A DNA stretch of 60,063 nucleotides, filler included, from Hausera hauseri (lineage: Eukaryota), in assembly GCA_046269625.1 (NCBI GenBank). It is 11 parts of 11 records of this genome, joined end to end, with 100 filler letters (N's around TTAATTAATTAA, not from the genome) between each part and the next. Parts side by side here need not be neighbours in the genome. Positions count along the whole stretch, not along the records: positions 1 to 7,951 come from JBJURY010854299.1; positions 8,052 to 12,074 come from JBJURY010811532.1; 9 more parts are not named here. One strand, given 5' to 3'. The notes beneath the pieces were generated by a model. The model did no database searches. It saw nothing but the letters and a program-made list of their open reading frames with translations, and had not been told where the DNA came from. The position numbers were made by a program, and so were the translations under genes. Within the stretch, counting starts at the first letter, position 1. The number at the start of each line of letters is the position of its first letter. Shown here one piece after another: positions 1-11,183 of this stretch.

Positions 1-730
1 ACAAAGTGAAACACCTTGTTGAACTTGGGACAATGTGGATCTCTGATGGGAAATATTTTTGTCAGGACCAGCTACACAACGTACAGAACAATAGATTACT
101 TGCCTACAATCCAAATGACGTTCCTCATGTTATGACGACCAAGTTTCCCAAACTGTGATCGTTTCTGGATGTGTCTCCAGTAATGGTGATGTTATGTCAC
201 CTCACATCTTTGAACAGGCTCAATTCAAATGACTACGTGAAGTTGCTGAACGCCTAGGTAAAGCCTTAGTTGGCGAGGATGGCTTCTGGATGTCGATTTG
301 TGTGGCAGCAAGATTCAGCTCCTTGTTATNNNNNNNNNNAGAGTCAAACATTTTTTTCTGAGAATTTTTTACTATTTTACCAGTCCAGAAGTTTGACCCC
401 AAACTCCCTTTATTGCAATCCTGTTAATTATTATGTGTGGCGCGGTTGAGAAAGAAACAAATTGTACTGCCTGTAACTCCAAGACCCAGCTGATCCACAG
501 GAGTAAGGCGGCGTTTGAGACACTCCCTAAGAACACTGTGAAGGCCGTATGTGCCAGATTCCTGAGCTGGCTCGAAGTCGTCGTCGATGCTGAGGGTGGC
601 TTCTTTGAGTGAATTCTTTTGTGATTGTTTCAATCTTTATGTCACTTCTATTTTTCTAATAAATTTATTTTGGGCTAAGATTTTCACTTTTTTATTTTTA
701 AGAAACTGTCAAATTTATTCTGAACACCCT
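1..730 (+). mobile_element. Tc1/mariner superfamily DD37D (maT-like) transposon, decayed 3' half with right TIR
   Basis: Manual translation gives frameshifted motifs 'DVPHVMTTKFP', 'GCVSSNGDVM', 'WQQDSAP' (~303-323) and a degenerate WPPNSPDxNPLDYYVW-like stretch (~392-440). It ends in a CACCCT-TA-like terminus near 725-735, as for CAGGGTG-type TIRs. Confidence 0.75.
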
Positions 731-1021
731 TTATATATTCATCGAATATTAACTCGAGAAAACTAATGAAAATTTCAAAAAATAGTGGTTAAATTGAACA
801 AATGCTAAATACTGTCACATTTAGAATATTCAACTGCGCTATTTTAGCTTTGATGTTTTTTACAGTTCAAATCCATGATATTATGTCAAGGTTATGTATA
901 CTACTCATAAATTGTAAATAACTCATTTTTAACTAATAGACAAAACTCATCAGCCTTGTGAACATTGGAATTTGCTTTTTCTCTGAGACACTGGGTAAAT
1001 AACAGAATAGATCGAAAAACA

Positions 1022-2185
1022 ATCGAAACTAAAGCAATTATTTTTACTGCTTCATGTGTATTTTATTTAATATTGTGAGTTTTTATAATTCGAAATATTT
1101 CTAATATTCGTCAAATTAAAAGTTCAAAAAGTCATTTCATAAAATTTTGCTCAACACAATCAAAAACTTCATTTATATATACTTACAAAATGTTTTAAGT
1201 TAAATCTGTTGCTATACCTGAGAAGTTCTCATATTAAAAAGAATACTGGAGATGCATTTACTAGGTTATTCAATCTAACATAATAAAATTCTTTATGCTT
1301 GACTGATTCTCAAAATTCGAAAGTTCTACCTGTACTATATAGTAAATTTCAATTTGCACGCAATAATACATTTTCACAGACAAAAACGCATTTTTACTGG
1401 ATTAACCTGAAAATTACTCCGATTATTAATTCAAGACTAGTTTTCAGTAACATGTGCAGTTGAACACGTGGATTATTACGTCAAGTTCTTTTACGTAAAG
1501 GCCTACGTTCAGTCATTGTCTTAAGAACCACATCAAAATTATCAATTTCACTTTTATTTGTACTAAAACAGTACTCAAAGATCAATGCCGATTTAATTGT
1601 GGTTATTCATTGAGAAATAATGTCGGCCATCATCAACAATGAAGTAAATATAATTGTTATTGATTGGGACTGTTGGTCATCTACTAAATGACAGAGAAGT
1701 AATTGGCTCAATAGGATATATTACTAAATCTCTCGCTTTCAATTTCAATGCGACTCATATTATTCATCATCGCCATGGTTTCACTTTCATTGTCAGTTTA
1801 TAACCGTGAATAATAACCCATTTATCTTATGCATTTTCAGATGCTCCACAAACTTCTATTCCATAATTTGTTATACCTCAAAAGTGGGTACCATCGGTTA
1901 TATCAGCAGTGACTGCACCGCCTGTTTGATAAATAATCATTTCTCAAATATAACGTAGGTTTGGTTCAGAAATTAATTTACTTATCACAGTTTTCCAAAT
2001 CAATATACCAAAGTTGTATGCAATCCGATTGTTTACTTGATTCCGATATTTCTGGTAAATTTAACCAAGTTTCGATTAAGTCCGTTTGTTGTACCACTGA
2101 TTATTGTAATTCTGGAATTCAACTGAAAATGTTCATATCACCGTTAACTATGACATTGATGTATTTAATTTTACTGGAGATTTGA
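1022..2185 (+). pseudogene. Ly6/uPAR (three-finger, GPI-anchored) small protein gene, apparently disabled
   Basis: Predicted exons: 1022-1074 (signal-peptide-like ETKAIIFTASCVFYLIL), 1841-1954 (SIICY...C..C) and 1991-2185 (CCTTDYCN plus hydrophobic tail). Introns are GT-AG. The expected start reads ATC and exons 2 and 3 are out of phase by 1 nt. AATAAA at ~2249. Confidence 0.6.
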
Positions 2186-2434
2186 TGTTTTACTATTAAT
2201 TGATGTTTTCATTTCTTCTATTATTTTCCGATCAATGCACATTTCGTAAATAAATTCTTATAGTTTATCTTGTGGATGTTTATGATATCTCATAGATTCC
2301 CTTTTTTATAGACTAGTGAAATATTAGGCTGTGAAATAATACTACCTTGATATTGAGCTTGTTAAATGATGATTTGTCTGTTTCATGTCTTACAATGTAT
2401 AGTGATTTGAGGGTGAATCACTTATCAAAGCCTT

Positions 2435-3109
2435 TGTAAAATTTGATTATAATTCAAATTAGAAGTCCTTTAAGAACAACAAAATATATTGAAAATACAA
2501 ACAGAATAATAACAAGATTTGAAATAGGCTTTATGTAACACACAAGAAAATTCTCAACAACACAATCGTCTCAATAAGAAATTCAGTATTTTATAACTAT
2601 CTCAATCTATCTTATAACTTGCACTAGACAGTGTATAAGATCTAGATTCTCCGGATTACCGGGACTAATTGTTCCAATAATACTAGTTTGGGGTTTTGTA
2701 TTTATATTAGAATTTTCAATGACCTACCTCATTTTAGCCAATTAGAGTCAAGGCTAATCTATCTTTTAAATTTACCTAAATAAAACAACTACACTAAATT
2801 TTAATCTAATAGGTTGGGTGAATCTCTTCTTCTAGTACATTGTCCCTAAAATTTTATTTTAATTTACTAACCTTCTATAATCGAAATTAAACGGTAAGCC
2901 ATTAAGCTAGCATTAAGTAAACATGAATATTAAGATACTATCAATTGTTTGACATATGTAAATTTGATCTTACTAACATATGTGATCAATTTTCGCTCAT
3001 ATGTAGGTTAATTCTACTAACATTATTGGAAATTTTCATCTCTGGTAAGAATTTTTTATTTTATAAATATTTTTTCTATTTTATAAAGATATTTTACTCT
3101 TTTCTAACA
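2435..3109 (-). repeat. Putative 3' LTR of the cargo-bearing gypsy element
   Basis: On the minus strand it starts TGTTAG at 3109 directly after a polypurine tract and has TATAAAA near 2590. A candidate end ...TTTACA lies at 2435; this boundary is uncertain because no second LTR is available. Confidence 0.55.
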
Positions 3110-3122
3110 TTCCCCTACCCTT
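3110..3122 (-). other. Polypurine tract (plus-strand primer)
   Basis: Minus strand reads AAGGGTAGGGGAA immediately 5' of TGTTAG. Confidence 0.7.
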
Positions 3123-3284
3123 AAATTTTAGTTTATACATAATTTGAAAGACGATTGGGCATGAGTACAGGACAAAATGAACATAAAACTAGATATAATT
3201 ACAATGGTATACAAATAATTAAAATAAGGAATGGTACATAAATATAAGAGAAGACATAATGTAAAGTTTGTCAAAAATAAAATG

Positions 3285-5588
3285 TCAAATAAAGTCATAA
3301 TTATTGGAGTGTCCTTTTTCGGTTCTATCTTTCTCCTGGTTTGCATCCTCAGTCGAATTATTTCTTTCAATATCTTCTGAATATGGAGTGGATATATCCG
3401 AGGATTTCGTTCTCAGCTTGTTTTTTATTCGCACTAGAACTTCTTCGGTATGTGTTCCTTCTATTCTAGCTCTCTTCCGAGGTTGAAAAGTTTCTTTTGT
3501 ACTCCCAAAATGGAATTCATATTCAGCTTCTTTAAACCAAGTATATATAGTGTCATCATGAATCTCTGTATCTACATCTTTGATAGGAATCCACATAGTT
3601 TTATTTTATTGAACTGCTAATAGACCTGTTAACTTGTGAGCACTACTTCTAGCTACCAAATTGGTAACTATTTGTGCTGGGACTACCACCTGAGTTTTAA
3701 ATTCTGGAATATTTGATGCTCGCTCGGGATTCATCTCTATATGAAGCTGTATTATATCGGAGAACTTTCTGTAGGGGATAAGTAATTTCTTATCTCCTAC
3801 GATTTTGGTGTACTGGGCTGCTATTAGTTGATTTCCGATCGATTCCCAGTTTGTGATTTACTTATAACGAATACCTGTTTGAGATGAGACGTACTTGTCC
3901 ATAATGATCTCGTCTAATACTATCGGAATTAACAATCCATTACCCAATATAGCTAAAAGTAACCCATTCACTCTTGCTTTTTCAGAGATTTGGTCGGTTA
4001 AAGAATGCAATAAGGCCTTCATTAAGTCGTTGCTACTCATTTGTTTGGTCTGAGTTGATGTATTTTTTAATTCTTTCTTTCCTTCCTGCTTTAGTAAAAT
4101 TTCGTTTTCTTCATTAAACATTGGCTCGATGATCTCGCACTCCATTATTTCGAATTCCTCTTCCTCATTTGATGTTTGTTGTTGTACAGTCTCCACTTCA
4201 TGTCCCTTTTGTATGGTTGCTTGAACTTCATATTTCCATTGCAGCTCGCCCAGGTATCTAGCTTCTCTATTTAATATATCTCCAACGTCAATAACATTAT
4301 TGTGAAGGTCGGGAGGCATCCATTCATAAGTTTCTATGAGTTGTTTATGGGCCTCTATCGTGAGTTGTAATCTCCCAATAGTGGTACTAGGAAATCTACT
4401 CAGCTTGAGATGCAATATCATTTTGTTTATCGTGTTAATCCTTTTGTCCATGGTATTTTCCGCGCATTTGAGTGGGTCAAAGACGGCACAGGTCCAATTC
4501 ATAGGAATTTTCATTGCCTTAAATGTTTTATGGGCTTCCAAAGCAATTATCTTAAATCCGAGTATATATTTTTTATCTCACTTTGTACCTCATGTGAGTC
4601 TATACCCTATTCTATTTGTTCCCACGTTATCGAATGCCTGATTCTGTTCAGGTTATAAATATGTCTGCGTGGAGCGATGATTCTGTTTAGGATAATTTCT
4701 CCATTTTTTTTCAGCAATTGCTACTTCCACTGGTAGTGGGATTTGCTTTCCATCTGATTTCTTTCCATAGGCAAACGAAATGGCTAGGTATCTGATAATT
4801 ATTGATTTATTTGTGTATATAATATTTGGTTCTCCCATTAAGTCCTTATCCGATGGTTCAATCTTGTATCGTAGTGGTAACAAAATCGATGTTGGTTTTT
4901 CTTTTCTTATAATATCGATCATGCCAAAGTTCATTAGTTCCTTGGCAATGATCCTAGTATTCGTTGTATCCACTTGGAAGTTAATTTGGTAGGATTCCTG
5001 TCCATTAATCGTTTCTAAGCTGTTTCGGCGTCCCTTTAATCCTCTAAATATTAAGATAACTTTTCCGATCGCTAGGTGTATCGTGATTCCGTTATTCTCA
5101 CCTGTCCATGCTGGAAATCTGAATGTAGTCTCCGAGTTGAATATTTTGAAAGGGAGGATTTCCCGGTTTCTTTGTTCGCCATACTTCAAATTGTTAGGTA
5201 TTTTGGTAACTTCATTAATTCTGTCTATTGAATAATCTAAATATGCTAGAACTTTATCGTAAAAGGCGTAGGTCATAGTATTTTCTGCTGTACTGAGTTT
5301 AATTATGGCCTTCTTTTCGTCCAACTTTTGTATTGGGATTCTTTCAGGAACTTTGAAAATTTCTTTTCCTCCGATTTTCGGGTTTATATTTACTGTTTGA
5401 CTGCTTTCGGACTCCAAAATCTGATTGTTTAAGTTCTTTGACATGACTCTTTTTGTGGCTTTCTGTTGTTGCATCGATATTTTATAATTTTCTTGGCTGC
5501 GTCTGACTGGCCAACACATGAAATTTCTTAATGAGTTAAATGTCCCTTTCTGATTGGTTCTAGATTTAAAAATTGCATAACGCATCAT
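3285..5588 (-). pseudogene. Retroelement cargo ORF2 (~770 codons, interrupted): unknown N-domain, DEDD exonuclease-like domain, acidic linker, unknown C-domain
   Basis: ORFs 4653-5630, 3858-4541 and 3285-3596 join through frameshifts at ~4700-4570 and point stops. The reconstructed 'RYLAISFAYG...PVEVAIAEKNGEIILNRIIAPRR' aligns with 48781-49296 and 54885-55094. Confidence 0.7.
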
Positions 5589-7290
5589 GATTGGTCCTGT
5601 GAGAGAAAGGATTATTACTATTGAAGTCAAGTCTAAATGTATTGGGTGAATTGGGGCTGTTTTTAAAAATCAACAATGTTAGTATTGGCGTAAAGCAAAA
5701 TATACTGTGCGAATTTTCATTTGGGTCAGTTAATATAGGCTCGTTAACCACCGCATCTCTGATCTCATTTATCTCCATTCTATGGTTTAAAGCGAAGAGT
5801 GGCTCTTGAACGGTATATGTTTCATTATTATTTCGGATTACTGAATAGTGAGATCTGTATCGTTTCTTCTTTTTACATTTGACTTTATGCTCAAATGCGA
5901 CTAATAAACTAACTGTGATACCCAATAGTAACAAGATGAGAAATACCCACCAATACTGGGTAAAGTATTTTTCCGTGGTTATTGGCGCAGGTGTAGTTTT
6001 CTGCCAATTCTCGTCCTTTTCATTGTAACGTATATTTCTATATCTATCTGGTGCAGGTAGTGTCCTTATGGCCAGAAGTTTCGAATTGTCCTTAGTCCTT
6101 ATGTGTACTAAATAATTCGTGTCTGGAGTCAACTTTTCACAAAAGTTTCGTTTGTTCATATTGTAATTAAAACTAGTCTTCTCATGAGTACCTGTACATG
6201 ATATTAGGATACTCTGGTTATTCGAGTTTTGGGAAAGTAGAATTTCAATCCGATTTACATATGGTGTTAACCTAACCTTTATTGGAAACTCTCTTATGAG
6301 TTTTCCATAAAACGTGTTTGTTTATCTTCGACTCCTGTATTATTATTTTCTCTTTTTTTAAATTCAACATAAGTTCCCTTTTTGGCTTGCGTTGATCCTC
6401 TACTCTTGATTTTCGTGGACTCTTTGTTGTTGATTTGTTTGGAGTCTCTAATTTTCCCCTACCCTTAAAAGTAATGGTCTGAGTGGTTAATGAATGTGTA
6501 GCTGTCGTATTTTTAGTGGTAATAGTTGTTCTGATAGGTGGAGACGCGATCAGTCCCAATTGCGTCTGTGGGAGGGAAATAAAGAGTGGTAGTTGGAACG
6601 AATGTATACGATTAGAAGTATCACGTTTGAGATACATATCAAAACGAATAATATACCGAATATTGGTATGAAGAGTACAGCAAACATGTGGATGGGCTCC
6701 ATTCAAATGACATAGATGTAACTGAGGTATGCTGTGGGGGAAAGAGTCGAACCATATCTGAATTTCATACCCGAGGGGTAGAAGTTGTAAGGTTCGAAAA
6801 TTGATGCAGGGGCGAGTCCGATGCACATTGATCATTACAAGATTATTCTTCAAAAATTGAGCAGTAAACCCATCATGTAGTGGTGCTGGAGGATTACCGA
6901 GAAAGTCCATGATATAATGCAATGGGACCTGAATATTGAAATGAGGGTCCCATTTGGAGATGTATTCCTCATGTCTAGACTCTTTAAGCAATATGTGGTA
7001 AGTATAGGATGTACCATATTCGAGTTGACAGCATGTCTGATTATATTTCTCGAAGATTGAACACTTGGTTGTTTCCTTATCTGAAGATGTGAAGATAATT
7101 GTAATTTCATGTTGTGGGGGAACTGGTGAATGTGTTTGGAAGCAAATACTAGGTGTATCAACGTCAACGTGAGTAATGGTCGTGTGTTGAACCAAGTCGA
7201 CATAGTTGTTTGCAGCTATTACCATTCTCACCGAAAACATTATGAGGATAAGTAGGATCATTCCAACGTATTTACGTGGAGTGAGGTGAA
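5566..7290 (-). CDS. Type I membrane protein fused after integrase: signal peptide, two Cys-rich FN3-like repeats, Thr-rich stalk, FN3 domain, TM helix, tail (one frameshift near 6290)
   Basis: Signal 'YVGMILLILIMFSVRMVIAA'; repeats 'CCQLEYGTSYTY' and 'CCTLHTNIRYII'; stalk 'TTITTKNTTATHSLTT'; FN3 tyrosine corner 'LTPDTNYLVHIRT'; TM 'WWVFLILLLLGITVSLLVAF'. Confidence 0.7.
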
Positions 7291-7951
7291 TGCGATAAGT
7301 AGTAGAGTTATGTTTATCCCATTTTTGTTGCAGGAATAAGGCAGCGGCTTTGTTATCTACCATTGCTGGCGATTCTAGTTCTGCTTGTCTTAAGAATTCG
7401 GTATATGAAGAGGGTGCTCTCGTAACTCGTTGTACGGATACAGCCTCGTACTTGTCTGCAGCCTTACGAATGAAAAGGGTCTGGGGGCGAACATCAACCA
7501 CTTCATATGGTCCTTGACCAGTTCGTGTTAACTTCAATGATTTACCCTTTTTTGCAACGGGATAATGAATCATTACATAATCGCCAATTTTGTAGGCATG
7601 TGGGCGCGCTTTCTTGTTAAAGTGTTTCTTATATCCAGTTTTGTACTTCTCTTCAAATTCTTTAGCCTCATGTTGAAAATATTCTAGCCTTTTCAGTAGA
7701 TCTTGAAACTGATCGTCCATGTGATCACTAATTTTCAAAGATGACGGCAATAATTCAGTGTCTAGTGGTAACAGTGGCAAGCGTCCATACATCAGTTCAA
7801 AAGGTGAATGGTTAGTACCTTTCGTGGGTGTAGTGTTAACAGCAAAAGCGGTAGTCTTGAGATGAAGATGCCAGTCCTTTTGATCGTGTGCAACCTTTGT
7901 TGAAAGAATGCCCTGTATTGTTCTATTCATTCGCTCAACCATACCGTTACA
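7290..7951 (-). mobile_element. Ty3/gypsy integrase C-terminal half
   Basis: 'NGMVERMNRTI' (catalytic E), 'SPFELMYGR' and GPY/F motif 'GQGPYEVV'. Truncated by the contig edge. Confidence 0.92.
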
Positions 7952-8051
7952 NNNNNNNNNNNNNNNNNNNNNNNNNNNNNNNNNNNNNNNNNNNNTTAAT
8001 TAATTAANNNNNNNNNNNNNNNNNNNNNNNNNNNNNNNNNNNNNNNNNNNN
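7952..8051. other. Artificial contig spacer; identical spacers at 12075-12174, 21069-21168, 28054-28153, 32712-32811, 37025-37124, 42142-42241, 46688-46787, 51284-51383 and 55398-55497
   Basis: The same N-run/TTAATTAATTAA/N-run block (a six-frame stop linker) occurs ten times. Confidence 0.97.
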
Positions 8052-8433
8052 AAATCAACTTACCCCTAGAAAAAGTTGATGAAACCCCAACAAAATAACT
8101 AGACGGAACACTGGGGGATTTTACCGTAGTCATATACAAAATTCCACTGGTTGACATTGGATTTATTGGGAAACAATCAAATAAAGAACCATAATTCGAC
8201 TTTCTGTCATCATTACCCAATTTGATATGCACATCACCACCAAAATGAATCACGTCAATCTTGACTTTAAGAGGAATCCCACAAAAGATGAGGTCATCAG
8301 CCTTTCCTTCGTCTCCTTTAACATTAAACAATAGATCAAAAACTATTCGAGGCGACCTCATTGGAGCAGAGAAAAATGATGGTACATCAGACTCTTCAGA
8401 ATGATAATTCAAACATTTCCTCACTTGAGACAT
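8052..8433 (-). CDS. Hypothetical protein fragment, unassigned
   Basis: ORF of ~127 codons with protein-like composition running into the contig edge; no recognisable motif. Confidence 0.3.
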
Positions 8434-9339
8434 TTTAATGATTTGATCGTATCTTCGAAGGAATTCTGAAACAACAATCTTTTCCGTTATACTGTAGGTT
8501 GCTCAACTGCTTCAATGAATATATAATTCTGAAAATTCCTCTGGTATGAGAACAAGAAAATCTTTCAATAATTAATTAACAAAATGAAATAGGTTAAATT
8601 CCAAAAGAAAGAGTTACACAAAAAATTATTATTTATTTTCACTTTCACTTTCTATTGTTTATTCATTTTTTACTGTGATGTATTTAAACATTTACTCCTA
8701 TATAATTTTTTTAATCTTACAAAAATCGGGTAAATCGATTCCCGCCCCCGAGAAACCCGATGGCACTGTTCCAGAATACATTCAAAAACTTGACCGATTT
8801 GAAAGAGTTCTCCTAATTCTGCTACATCTTCACTATGGGCATTCAGTTCAACAATTGCTTGTAACAATTCATACGAATTCGATACATTTTATATCGGGCA
8901 AATGCCGATTTAATCGAGCGGCAACACAGCAGGAGGGGAGCACATAGGTGTTCCGCAGAAGGGGAAAAGTAGGGGGTAAAAGTGTGGGGCTACAAAATAT
9001 TTGGGTGCCAAATTTGTCTGAGGGGATCTTCTTTGTTCTAGAGGGTGGGAATAGTGAAACCCGTTCTGGGCCAGTTCTTTGTTTTAGCAGGGGTTACCAC
9101 AGAATACTGCATTCTGATTGACAACCTTTCGTACCCCTGATGACGTGGCGCTCTATGATTAGATGATTCCCGTACTCCCTCCGATGACCTTGCGCTCTGA
9201 TTGGCTGCTTTCTTTCCCCGGGGTGCTTGACCCACTGTCCTCACTTCCATCTACTTGTGGATATTACTGCTTATTTTGACTCACATTACAAACACTTATA
9301 TGAACAACAATGTTTCTTGTTTTGAACAACACTTTTCTA

Positions 9340-10045
9340 ACAAGGTCAGTTGAGTTGGTCAATGACTAAACAAGAGCAAGAAAGTTAATTGCAAAGCCGA
9401 ATTTTGTACACAGCACTATTTATTCGGAAAATTTTGCTAGTATCAAAATGCAAAAGACGATTCTCAATTTTAACAAGCCGATTTATGTTGGAATGTCGAT
9501 ACTCGATTTGTCAAAAACACTCATGTATGACTTCCACTATAATGTCATGAAGCCAAATTTTCCAGACATTCAACTAATGTATATGGATACGGATTCATTC
9601 ATATATCATATTAGATCTGATGATATATTCAATGATTTTTATAATTTGGCAAATTTCTTCAATACATCAGATTATCCGAGAGACCATAAGCACTTTTCCT
9701 TGTCAAATAAAAAAGTTTTAGGGCAAGTTAAGGACGAAGTAAATAGCAAAATTATTACTGCTTATGTTGGACTTCGTCCGAAAATGTACGCTCTTAATGC
9801 AGATAGACAAATTAAGAAAAGGGCCAAAGGTTCAGAGAGATACACTTGAGAAACATATCTCGTTTCAAGATTACATTTCAGTCCTTAATAATTTCTCAAC
9901 ACTATTATCAGACATGGGATGAATTGTGTCACATGACCATGTTGTGACGACAAATGTACTACGAAAGAAATGTCTGAGCTTCTTCGATGACGAAAGATTT
10001 ATTCAATCTGATGGGATATCAACTTTGCCTCATGGACACTTTTAT
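9340..10045 (+). pseudogene. Protein-primed DNA polymerase B (Polinton/adintovirus type), C-terminal fragment
   Basis: 'NKPIYVGMSILDLSKTLMYDFHY', motif C 'YMDTDS', 'GLRPKMYA', 'KKRAKG'. Frameshifted tail ends in a FDD...LPHGH-like segment; AATAAA at ~10058. Confidence 0.9.
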
Positions 10046-10400
10046 TTTATATAATTAAATAAAATTTTGCATGTGTTGTTTTTATCTTTTAAGTTTTCGA
10101 TTTTAAAAATTTCATAATGTTGTTATTTGTAAAGTGAAAGAAAAGACGAAATAGTATTTTATATATTTTTATTTTTTATTAAAAGAATACATAACACCAA
10201 ATTCAAGGAATGTATCGACTGAATGATTATCATCGGCTAAAGACAATAGTACCAATAAGCAATAAGTACCAATTTCGATTCACCCAATTGTCAAATTGAC
10301 TTTTAACGCATCAATTTAATTAAAGGGGTGGGATAGAGGTTTGTCCCAGAATTCCCATTTTCCCACTACTATCGATGCAATGTATCATTCCACTTTCCGA

Positions 10401-11183
10401 CTACAAAACAGTAACCATAACATTGTTTTGATGCAGCTTCGGTTTAGGGAAGTGTTTTGGCGCTTCATCTCTGTCTAGCCATTGCGCGGAACGCCGTCGG
10501 TTGTCATTTAGAATCCATTTTTTGTTGCATATCACAATGCGATCAAGAAATGGATCATTTTTGTTGCGAAGAAGAAGCGCAGAGAACACTTCGTATCATC
10601 GAACGTTTTGGTTTTCGTTCATCTTGTGAGGGACATTTGTCGAGCTTTTTGATTTTCCCATCTGGTACAAATGTCGAACGATTGTAGAATGGTGAACGTT
10701 TAGTTCTTTTGCAACTTCTTGAGTTGTTTCGCATGTGTCCGCTTTAATGATGACCCTCAATTGGTTGTCGTTAATCGTACAACGATGTCCGCGACTTTCC
10801 TCATCTTCAAGGTTCTATTCATCGCGGAAATTTTCGAATCAATGTTGAGCTGTATGTTTGCTGACGGTCTCCTGGCCAAATACTTGGTTGATATTGCTAG
10901 AAGTTTCTGCTGCTTTACGTCCCATTTGGAACTCATGTAATAATATCTCGAATATGCTTTCTTTCTTTCATTACTTTGACAGCCTGAAATACACTGATTT
11001 ATGCTGATGGTTTTGTTTTCAGTGTTTTTACACTGAAAATGAAACCACCAGCATAAATCAGTAGAGCAAAATTCGCTCTTCGAAATGGTATATTACATGA
11101 ACATAAATGAACAAAACTTTATTTCAAAATAAACATCAGAGTTTGAAATAAGAAAAATCGTAATAATTTTTGCAATTACCTTA
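10401..11183 (-). mobile_element. mariner (DD34D, cecropia/Hsmar1-like) transposon, 5' half with left TIR
   Basis: 'NDPFLDRIVICNKKWIL..NRRRSAQWLDRDEAPKHFPKPKLHQ'. The minus-strand terminus AAGGTAATTGCAAAAATTATTACGATTTTT resembles the Hsmar1-type TIR. Confidence 0.85.
10993..11062. repeat. 70-nt near-perfect inverted repeat (33-nt arms, 3 mismatches, TTTT loop)
   Basis: actgatttatgctgatggttttgttttcagtgt-tttt-acactgaaaatgaaaccaccagcataaatcagt. Confidence 0.9.
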
